41,652 nucleotides of DNA from a virus (Duplodnaviria > Caudoviricetes), in IMG/VR virus record IMGVR_UViG_3300017700_000447, positions 1 through 41,652 of that record; one strand, 5' to 3'. A program made the translations under genes and the position numbers. Below are positions 34,994 to 41,652 of the stretch, one piece after another. The notes under the pieces are model-generated. The model had not been told where the DNA came from. It saw only the letters and a list, made by a program, of their open reading frames with translations, and did no database searches. Numbering within the stretch: the stretch's first letter is position 1; every line of letters starts with the position of its first letter.

Positions 34994-35517
34994 TGGACTG
35001 GACCAAAATCATTGCAACCGTCGCCCCGTGGATCGGGACGGCCATCGGTGGCCCTTTGGGAGGTATGGCTGTAGAAGCTGCTGCAAACGCCCTGGGGCTG
35101 ACTGACAAGACTGTAGAGGCGGTCAAGGGCGCGATCATGGGGGCAAGCCCTGAAACCCTCTTGGCGCTGAAAGAAGCGGATCAGAACTTTGCCCTGCAGA
35201 TGCAAAGCCTGGGCTTTCAGAACATTAAGGATCTAGAGGCCATCGCCGCCGCTGACCGAGACAGCGCGCGCAAGATGCAGATGGAAAACAAGTCATTCAT
35301 GCCTGCGGTCATCACGGCTGGCGTGCTGGCTTCGTTTGCCGGTACGCTGGTGGCGCTGCTGTTCATTCCCATCCCAAGCGAAAACCGCGACCTCATCATT
35401 TACATGATCGGCCAGCTCAGCGGGTTTGCGGGTAGTGCAGTGGCTTTCTGGTTGGGCACGACCCGCCAGAGCGAAGAGAAAACCCGGATGCTGGCCCAAG
35501 CGCCAGCGGTCAAATGA
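34993..35517 (+). CDS. Holin-like membrane protein (3TM/GTA-holin type)
   Basis: VAPWIGTAIGGPLGG, DRDSARKMQ, two TM segments, AFWLGT. Confidence 0.75.
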   Translation: MDWTKIIATVAPWIGTAIGGPLGGMAVEAAANALGLTDKTVEAVKGAIMGASPETLLALKEADQNFALQMQSLGFQNIKDLEAIAAADRDSARKMQMENKSFMPAVITAGVLASFAGTLVALLFIPIPSENRDLIIYMIGQLSGFAGSAVAFWLGTTRQSEEKTRMLAQAPAVK

Positions 35518-35588
35518 CGGCCTTCGCCCTCGGGCTGCTCATCGGCATCATTGCCGGGTTCTGCATCGCCGCCATGCTGATCGACTGA
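35514..35588 (+). CDS. 24-aa hydrophobic peptide MTAFALGLLIGIIAGFCIAAMLID
   Basis: Translated by hand; ATGA-coupled to the holin-like gene. Confidence 0.55.
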   Translation: MTAFALGLLIGIIAGFCIAAMLID

Positions 35589-35693
35589 CTACTTTTTCCG
35601 CTGAATCCAGCGCACAAACATCACAGTTCCGGCACCAGTCAAGAAGCCAAGTCCCATCAATTGCCACCAAGGCAAAGTGCTGAAATCCCACAT
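35589..35693 (-). CDS. 34-aa membrane peptide MWDFSTLPWWQLMGLGFLTGAGTVMFVRWIQRKK
   Basis: Translated by hand; GGGAG RBS; one TM segment plus a basic tail. Confidence 0.6.
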   Translation of the reverse strand: MWDFSTLPWWQLMGLGFLTGAGTVMFVRWIQRKK

Positions 35694-35752
35694 GGCCCAC
35701 TCCCAATAGTTGAGCCATCCAACTTACCACCCTGAAATCCCACCGTGTGTGA

Positions 35753-36109
35753 TTAATTACCCGGTTGCAGCGGTGGTAATACCGGCGTATTCGCGGGCGC
35801 GAGGCCGTCTTTCCTTAACTGCCGGCACACCCTAACATCGGTCCTTGTCTTCCACCGATGCTCTTGAATGGTCAGGTACTGCATGTTCTCTCGCGTATCT
35901 GCACCAAAGGCGCATAGCGGGGTTACGTGGTCGATTTCATAGCCCGGACAGCGCAGCTCAGGTTTTCCACTCACAGGGCACGGCGTAGACCTCTTAAACG
36001 CCATCACCTCAGCCGCTGATCGGTGGATACGCTCACCTGCTATTGCTGGAAGGGATAGGCAGAACGCTAGGAGTAGACGGTGTACATGGGGGAAGGATAG
36101 CGGGGTCAT
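35753..36109 (-). CDS. Small HNH-fold protein with a predicted signal peptide
   Basis: HRLLLAFCLSLPAIA leader; PCP..G....CPGYEIDHVTPLCAFGADTRENMQ. Confidence 0.75.
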   Translation of the reverse strand: MTPLSFPHVHRLLLAFCLSLPAIAGERIHRSAAEVMAFKRSTPCPVSGKPELRCPGYEIDHVTPLCAFGADTRENMQYLTIQEHRWKTRTDVRVCRQLRKDGLAPANTPVLPPLQPGN

Positions 36110-36320
36110 GGGGGGCCTTTGTGGAAACAATGCGCTCAACCACCGCCCATGCGCGGCGCGTTTGGCGGCTGTGGTACAGGCCTTCTCCGTCTTCGTCATC
36201 AGCATTTCGGGTGAGGTTGAATCCAAGGCGCCCCGCCCACGCCTCAAACCGTTTTCTTTTTTCGTCCAACGACGAGGTGGCGGATAGAGCCGAGATTTTC
36301 TCGTTTCTAACTTCCGTCAT
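36033..36320 (-). CDS. Hypothetical phage protein
   Basis: RKRFEAWA...Y...TRRAW motif; ATGA-coupled. Confidence 0.65.
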   Translation of the reverse strand: MTEVRNEKISALSATSSLDEKRKRFEAWAGRLGFNLTRNADDEDGEGLYHSRQTRRAWAVVERIVSTKAPHDPAILPPCTPSTPSVLPIPSSNSR

Positions 36321-36517
36321 GATGGATACTTCGCATCGAAGGCGATACGACCAATGGAGCCGCATTCTTCGACCAAATCCCAAACAGCATCGGCGAGATT
36401 CTCCTTGCCGTACAGGTCATCGCCGTATTTGAGCTGCTCATAGTCCCATCGTTTGTCTACAGCCCGCCGCGCAATACGGACAAGCGCCGGGTCTGGGGTC
36501 GTGGCTTCAGTTGTCAT
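36317..36517 (-). CDS. Hypothetical protein
   Basis: AAGGAG RBS, 66 aa. Confidence 0.7.
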   Translation of the reverse strand: MTTEATTPDPALVRIARRAVDKRWDYEQLKYGDDLYGKENLADAVWDLVEECGSIGRIAFDAKYPS

Positions 36518-36642
36518 ATCACTCCTTCGTGGTTAAAAACTTTGGAATCACCCCACCCAGCCCCGCATGAATGCTGGGCCATTGTGGGTGATTTTGGAAT
36601 ATCCAGAATAGCCAGAACTGGCGTATTCATTGGCTTTTGGCT

Positions 36643-36692
36643 CCGGCCTGTCACGCCGGGGGTCGCGGGTTCGAGTCCCGTCCACTCCGCCA
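36643..36692 (+). tRNA. 3' half of tRNA-Asp(GUC), the attP core; not a complete tRNA
   Basis: Anticodon arm CCGGC-CTGTCAC-GCCGG, T arm GCGGGTTCGAGTCCCGT, acceptor strand ending GCCA; D arm and 5' strand absent. Confidence 0.93.
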
Positions 36693-36697
36693 GTTTT

Positions 36698-36750
36698 AAA
36701 GCACATTTCAGAGAGCGCATACTAACTTTGGAATGTGCTTTTTGCTTTTT
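36698..36750 (+). terminator. Hairpin plus T tract downstream of the tRNA fragment
   Basis: AAAGCACATT...AATGTGCTTT then TTGCTTTTT. Confidence 0.6.
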
Positions 36751-36754
36751 GGAA

Positions 36755-36970
36755 TTAGGCCGGGACAAATTTTGTGAATGTCCACGGGTAGTCCTCTGAA
36801 TAATCGCGCCCCGGCTTGCCAAATGGGTTTTGCTTGTTTGTGCTGTACTGGACGATGGGCCGGTTGCCGGGAATGTTCTCGGTGTTGTCCAACACATGCA
36901 TGTAGACCACCTTGGGCAACAGCGTGGATAGCGGCGTCTTGCGCGGCTTGAATGGTGTACCGATCTGCAT
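36755..36970 (-). CDS. Hypothetical protein between int and attP
   Basis: AAAGGA RBS, 71 aa. Confidence 0.6.
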   Translation of the reverse strand: MQIGTPFKPRKTPLSTLLPKVVYMHVLDNTENIPGNRPIVQYSTNKQNPFGKPGRDYSEDYPWTFTKFVPA

Positions 36971-36979
36971 TGTTTCCTT

Positions 36980-38113
36980 TCAGCCCGCAGGCGTTGCCCG
37001 CTTAACCGGGCGTCTGTCATAAACCGTTGAAATCATCTTGTCGCTGGTGTGGCCGGTGGCCTGCTTGGTGTCGGTGTCGCCGCGCTCCAGTTATCCAGAT
37101 ACGCCCATCGGCCGGCAGTCCTGAAGACTGAACTTCCGAAACGGAATTTCCCGTTTCACGGCCTCTGTCTCGCACACATCCATCAGGTCATCCAATATAG
37201 ATTTCCAGCCCCCCTTTGTATAGCGCTGGCCTCTCATATTCCCAAAAATAAACATCGTCCCGGCGACCTTGTTTCGCTTGATAGACAAGGCCTCCGCGAT
37301 GGTTTCCCGAAGGTCTGGGCTCCACTCGATCAGCACGGCAGGCTTGCTTTTGTCCTTACCGTCATGCCACAGAATGCCGTCATCTAGGATGCCGTCCCGC
37401 ATGATGGCCCGAACCTCAACGGACCGACGAACGCACAGCCAGGCAGTTTTCAGGCCCATGGCGACGATGTGGCGGGCTCCGCCGTGCTTGCGGCCCATTT
37501 CCACGGCCAAGGCCAGCTCAGCCTCGGTTACAAGTCGCTTTTCTTTCGCGGTCTTATTCTTTTCGATACCGTCAAACGGATTGATCTCAAGCAGTTTTTT
37601 GCGGATGCCGAATTCAAGGATGAGCCGCGCAAGGGCTATTTCCTTGTTGCCTTTCTCGGGGCGTGGTCGGTCTTTTGTTTCGCCGGTTTTTTTGTCAACA
37701 TAGGTAGCCGTCAGACATCCTTCCAGATAGTCGTATGCCTCGGCCTTGGTGATTTCATGCGGCTCGAAATGCCCAAACGCCTTCTTGATGTTGACGGCCT
37801 CGCGTTTGTTCTCCGCTATGGTAGAAGCCTTGCGCTTGCGCGTGTCATTGGCTGGCAACTTCTCTTGCCACTCAAACCACGCATCAACTAAACCAGCAAA
37901 CCCACCTGTAGGAACGTCAACATCGACATTCACAGACTCTTCAATTGCCTTGCGCCGAAGCTTGGCAATTTCCAGAACGTCATCTATAGGGCACTCGTAG
38001 CGGAAAGCCCAAACACCTGACTTCATCTTGTAGCCGATGCTGTACACACGCACGCCACGGCGCTCGTACACGCGAAACGGTAGACCATCAGGAGTGGCGC
38101 GGCGTCGAATCAT
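36980..38113 (-). pseudogene. int: Tyrosine integrase interrupted by an in-frame TAA at 37091-37093
   Basis: AWLCVRRSVEV (catalytic R), FSLQDCR; after the TAA the same frame encodes LERGDTDTKQATGHTSDKMISTVYDRR...PAG, which carries the catalytic H and Y. Confidence 0.85.
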
Positions 38114-38340
38114 GTCGTCTTGGGCTGGAGAAAGCCGATATTAGCGCTCTTACGGGGTTTCTCCGACTGCCCGCGACAGACGGCCTCATAGTGAGCGCGC
38201 TCAAGCACCACGCCGCCTTTCTTGGCGATGTAGGCCCGGTGAAATCCCCGGTTGTGCAGGACCGCCAGTTGCTTGCACGGCAGCTCGTAGCCGGTGATGC
38301 GCGTCAATTCGGCTTCGGTCAGGGCGATGTCGTCGCTCAT
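38110..38340 (-). CDS. DUF4224 family protein, probable excisionase
   Basis: LTEAELTRITGY...KQLAVL; ATGA-coupled to int. Confidence 0.85.
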   Translation of the reverse strand: MSDDIALTEAELTRITGYELPCKQLAVLHNRGFHRAYIAKKGGVVLERAHYEAVCRGQSEKPRKSANIGFLQPKTT

Positions 38341-38537
38341 GGCTCTATGCCCTCCAAGGCCTTTTTCAGATCAAGAAAGGCGTAGTGACTCTGACTGTTT
38401 TTTACTTCACGCGCCGCCCGCGCCACCTCCACCAGCCGCAATACATCATCCGGCGATATCTCCATCTGCCAAACCTCAAGCTCTACTAAGGAGGTCTTTG
38501 CTTGCTCTGCTGAGGCTTTTAGGGTGGTTAGGTTCAT
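38337..38537 (-). CDS. Hypothetical protein
   Basis: MNLTTLKASAE...ISPDDVLRLVE; coupled at both ends. Confidence 0.7.
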   Translation of the reverse strand: MNLTTLKASAEQAKTSLVELEVWQMEISPDDVLRLVEVARAAREVKNSQSHYAFLDLKKALEGIEP

Positions 38538-39175
38538 GGGGTGGGCTCCGGTTGGGTGGCGCAGCAACGAGCCAGCGCCAAAAGCATTTCCCGAAACTCT
38601 GGAGGTGTGGCATTGCGGATGCGTGTTTTGTCCTTGCCGCCGACCATTGCCATCATCCCGATACGCCGGGCCTTTTCGTAGCCGTGGCGGGCCAGGGCGA
38701 CAGGGTGCAGGCGCTGCTCGACCTTGCCCCATCGAAGCTCCGGCAGTTGGTCGCGCCCGGCGCCGTAGACGTAGAGCCATGTGGGCTTGCCGGCAAGGTG
38801 GCCGTAGTGGCCCTGGTAGACGCAGCAGGTCCAGCCACCTTCAAAATCTGCGGCAACCCACCCGCCATCGCGGGGCGGGCGATTCAGGTTGAAGGCTGTC
38901 CAGGCGTGGCTGTCGCACGGATGCTCGATCACGCCGCCATGCGTGCGGACCGCTGCCAGGGCAGCAGCGAAACACCCGCCATCATCGCCCAGTTGGAACT
39001 GGTGCGGCTTGCGCGTGCTGCCGTGCCAGAAGCGACCCCAACGCTGGCACGGTGGGTGCGCCAGTACCGGATGCGGGCCGGCGTATCCACGGGCGTCCCT
39101 GGGCTCATCCCAAGGGTCCACGCCAGGCAGGCCGAAATAGACCCCGCCAGTTTCAACGTAAAGAGCTGCGATCAC
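38534..39175 (-). CDS. Short, degenerate C5-cytosine methyltransferase-like protein
   Basis: AHPPCQRW (motif IV PC), GVIEHP, Q.HYGH...KPTWL, RNATPPEF; canonical FxGxG motif I is missing. Confidence 0.7.
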   Translation of the reverse strand: MIAALYVETGGVYFGLPGVDPWDEPRDARGYAGPHPVLAHPPCQRWGRFWHGSTRKPHQFQLGDDGGCFAAALAAVRTHGGVIEHPCDSHAWTAFNLNRPPRDGGWVAADFEGGWTCCVYQGHYGHLAGKPTWLYVYGAGRDQLPELRWGKVEQRLHPVALARHGYEKARRIGMMAMVGGKDKTRIRNATPPEFREMLLALARCCATQPEPTP

Positions 39176-40116
39176 TTCGGCTCCTCCCCACCAGGGGCAG
39201 TAAGACCGATACCGTGGGCGGCTTCGGTGGCGCGAATGATCAATTTGGCCGTGGTAGCGGGGCAGTCCCAGACGAAATCTTGCATCAGCCCATCAGCTTG
39301 GGATTCCGTCAACGGCAGTCCCCGTACAGGAGCAGCGCTTGATTTCTCCGTGGCGTGCTGTAAAATTGAACCTTCGACCGAGACTGGTTGATGGTTGCGA
39401 GAGCCGCTGTCACCAACTGAATCGCCTCCACTTGTTGGGGGTGTTTCTTTTTCTGCATCTGGTGGGTCACGCAAAAACACCGACGAATCAGGGTCAGATT
39501 TTCGGGCTGCATGCCATGCGGCTCTTTGCGCCTCAGAGATATTCCACCCAAGATCAGCTTCCGGGCAGTCCGCCCCTTGTGCTGCTGTAGCCTCACCAGA
39601 GGTAGCGGGGGCGCGAGGTGTGGCCCGATATTCGGTAGCGGCATTTGCGGCGTTCTGCCATGGGTTGTTGGAGCTGCTGTGCTCACCGATGTCCTCGCCC
39701 GTGATGGCGGCAATCTGTGCGGCCAAGTCATCAGCAACGTCGTGATAGTAGTCACGCTGCTTGAGAATTTCGTCTATCACCGCCTGACAATCGGTCAAAG
39801 TTTTTGCAAATCCGTGTAACCGTTGAGAAACCTCGAACGTCACCCGAATAGCCTCCTCTCCATTACCCAGCTTGTAGGGCGTAATGGTTGCCCAGTCAGC
39901 GGCCTTAGACATGACTGTGTCGTAGGTAATATCCATCTCGGGTATCGCTGCTACTGCTGGAGGCTGAGTGGAGAGGGCGGCAAACTGGGCTGCATGCAGT
40001 TCGCAGTCAGGCCCGGCAAATGTTCCGATCACGCAGCCGTTTTCTTGGACAGTGACGCAATTGGACTTTCGCACGATTTTCCGGCTGTCGGTCAGTGCTG
40101 TGTGTGAGTCGGTCAT
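39172..40116 (-). CDS. Modular early protein with an Ead/Ea22-like segment
   Basis: DEILKQRD...LAAQIA..TGEDIGEHSSSNNPWQNA; ends RATEAAHGI. Confidence 0.7.
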   Translation of the reverse strand: MTDSHTALTDSRKIVRKSNCVTVQENGCVIGTFAGPDCELHAAQFAALSTQPPAVAAIPEMDITYDTVMSKAADWATITPYKLGNGEEAIRVTFEVSQRLHGFAKTLTDCQAVIDEILKQRDYYHDVADDLAAQIAAITGEDIGEHSSSNNPWQNAANAATEYRATPRAPATSGEATAAQGADCPEADLGWNISEAQRAAWHAARKSDPDSSVFLRDPPDAEKETPPTSGGDSVGDSGSRNHQPVSVEGSILQHATEKSSAAPVRGLPLTESQADGLMQDFVWDCPATTAKLIIRATEAAHGIGLTAPGGEEPK

Positions 40117-40535
40117 GACGGGTCCTTTGGGTGGAAAATTACGACAGCACAAGGAAATGGAGCGTTGAATTTGGCTCCGCCAAATTTCAGCCGGCCCTTC
40201 ACGAATTCAATCTGCCCTTTCATGGCGTACTCATGCCACCAACGGGTGTCTGTGCGCGATGGAATCAGCATCACTACCTTGGCGCCATTCTTTGCTGATT
40301 CATAGCCCTTCTGGAGCCACGCGCCAATGCCTCGCCCGTAAGGCGGGTTGCACCAAACAACCCCGTCCCAGGGCTGTTTAAGACCATCCTGCTCACGGGT
40401 ATAGAACCGATCACACTTTGCGTTCTCAGGGAGTGCGCAGGCATCCAGCGTGAAGCCGTGAGCTGCGTTCAGCTTGTCAAAGAAGTCTTGCGGGGTAGAC
40501 CATAGATCCGTAGCGCTGGAGAAGTGCACGCTCAT
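40113..40535 (-). CDS. dam: Phage DNA N6-adenine methyltransferase (Dam-like)
   Basis: WSTPQDFFDKL, FTLDACA, VWCNPPYGR, LIPSRTDTRWW, GRLKFGG, APFP. Confidence 0.92.
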   Translation of the reverse strand: MSVHFSSATDLWSTPQDFFDKLNAAHGFTLDACALPENAKCDRFYTREQDGLKQPWDGVVWCNPPYGRGIGAWLQKGYESAKNGAKVVMLIPSRTDTRWWHEYAMKGQIEFVKGRLKFGGAKFNAPFPCAVVIFHPKDPS

Positions 40536-40906
40536 TCTGTTGCCCCGCAGGTGCAAAAGTCCCCAGACTTCCAGTAACGGCAGTCGTCAGCGTGGGTCGT
40601 TTCGGCAGTACAATTTCCGCTTGCAACAGGAGTTCCAGCATGTGGAAGTGCAGGGGCTGCGGCCTCGAAATCATGTTTCGTGCCGTCACGCCCGAGATTG
40701 ACGACGAGGGGTGCTTCTTCTTGTGCCCCGGATGCAGCCACCGGAACCACTTGATTAATGTCGGGGGCGAGAACGGCCCCATTGCCCTGGCTCAGCCCGA
40801 CAATTGAGGTCCGTGGATATGTGTCGGTCAGGGCGGCCCTCATGCTGGCCGGGAAGCCGTTTTTCAACGCATCCCGCAGCGCCTCTTTTTCGTCATAGTT
40901 GCTCAT
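40532..40906 (-). CDS. Hypothetical protein with a C-terminal H-x3-C...CxC motif
   Basis: Starts 1 nt after the upstream stop; ends in an ATGA overlap with dam. Confidence 0.6.
   Translation of the reverse strand: MSNYDEKEALRDALKNGFPASMRAALTDTYPRTSIVGLSQGNGAVLAPDINQVVPVAASGAQEEAPLVVNLGRDGTKHDFEAAAPALPHAGTPVASGNCTAETTHADDCRYWKSGDFCTCGATE
40640..40807 (+). CDS. 55-aa zinc-ribbon protein nested antisense within 40532-40906
   Basis: AGGAG RBS 7 nt upstream; MWKCRGCG...FLCPGCSHRN. Confidence 0.7.
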   Translation: MWKCRGCGLEIMFRAVTPEIDDEGCFFLCPGCSHRNHLINVGGENGPIALAQPDN

Positions 40907-40907
40907 C

Positions 40908-41565
40908 TCACGCACCCCCGCCAGCTTGGTGAGAGGCGATAGCGGCGTCTATGGCTTCGTCCAATGCTGATTCAGTCAATACTTCGTCACACTGGTCTTC
41001 GCGGAAAGGAAGCCGGCCCATCACCACGTAAATCTCGCGCTGGTCGTTGGCGACCTCAATGTCATCGCTGCGGAGCCATTGATAGCGCCGGGCATCCCGC
41101 GCCGCATCCCCCTGCACCCCTGCGGCAAGAATCGCGGCGCTCACCTCGTGCAAGGTCAGATTTTCATCGCCGTAGCTGCCCCTGAAGTCTTCACCAATGC
41201 ACGGCACGGAGAAGAAAGAACTGCCTGAGCCCTCGCCGGTTCGCGTCCATTCCGCGTCCCGCTTATCGTCAAACACAACGCCTTCGGAGCCCTGCTCGTT
41301 CATGACGATGTATAGTTTTTTCTCGGTTGTCGGCTCTACTGGGGCGGCATCCTGCGCCTGGATGCGCTCTTGACTCCAGCGAACAAAGATCGCCCGCGCC
41401 ATGCCGTAGGCGGTCTTCCAGTCTTCTTTGGGCGCGCCGCCTGCATGTCCCAGTACGCGCATGATGAATTTCAACTCATAAAACGGATAATTCTTGTCAT
41501 CCTCGCCCCCGCCCAAAGGAACAGAAGGGGCCGGGGTGGCAAACTCGCGCGCCAGACGGTGAGCC
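40908..41565 (-). CDS. 3' part of the junction-spanning early protein (starts at 434)
   Basis: DARRYQWLR...LDEAIDAAI motif; frame continuous across the terminal overlap. Confidence 0.85.
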
Positions 41566-41652
41566 TGAGCACCGTTAATTTCGTACATCGCGTCTTCAAT
41601 GCTCCAGCCCACCCGTTTCAGGTTCTTGTCCAGCCATTTGGTTACGTCAGAA
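41566..41652 (+). repeat. Terminal overlap, right copy
   Basis: Identical to 1-87. Confidence 0.97.

Larger units (their letters stand above)
36538..36755. promoter_or_regulatory. attP region with putative integrase arm-type sites: TTTGGAAT at 36541, 36593, 36727, 36748
   Basis: Four direct repeats, two on each side of the tRNA core. Confidence 0.7.
1..41652. mobile_element. Complete circular(ised) temperate P22-like podophage genome with lambdoid gene order, in attP (excised) form
   Basis: Integration, immunity, replication, P22-type morphogenesis and lysis genes are all present; no host housekeeping genes; 87-nt end overlap; uninterrupted attP. Confidence 0.95.

Noticed and set aside
36600-36692. 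Complete phage-encoded tRNA-Asp
   Set aside because: The upstream sequence lacks the 5' acceptor strand and D arm; only the attP core is present
37091-37093. Genome-wide reassignment of TAA as a sense codon
   Set aside because: TAA ends terL, portal, scaffold, coat and many other genes at their expected lengths
38294-39391. 365-aa plus-strand ORF
   Set aside because: Antisense to four coupled minus-strand genes with recognisable motifs; no domain features of its own

Overview
This window is an apparently complete, circular temperate phage genome of about 41,565 bp. Bases 1-87 are repeated exactly at 41566-41652, and one leftward ORF reads through that junction. The layout is lambdoid with a P22/Sf6-like podovirus virion module. 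It carries a leftward early operon (Sak4-like ATPase, SSB-like, HNH, Gp157, ASCH, methyltransferases, DUF4224 excisionase, tyrosine integrase) and a cI/cro/cII switch with five ACCGAATTCGGT-type operators. Rightward are replication and nin genes, terminase-portal-scaffold-coat-gp4-gp10, three ejection proteins, a tail fibre and a lysis cassette. attP carries the 3' half of tRNA-Asp(GUC). A betaproteobacterial host is an inference. Points worth follow-up: (1) an in-frame TAA cuts the integrase off from its catalytic His/Tyr; (2) no N or Q gene is recognisable, but both major leaders are highly structured and an ATATACAAAAC motif repeats in the late intergenic gaps; (3) an Acb2/Tad1-like signal-sponge gene; (4) an O-acetyltransferase moron beside the tail fibre; (5) a Zn-ribbon gene nested antisense inside another gene; (6) a frameshifted Lar-DUF551 fusion; (7) a repressor with no autocleavage domain; (8) no visible spanin, but two convergent micro membrane peptides after the lysis genes. 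All family assignments come from motif recognition by eye, not from database searches.
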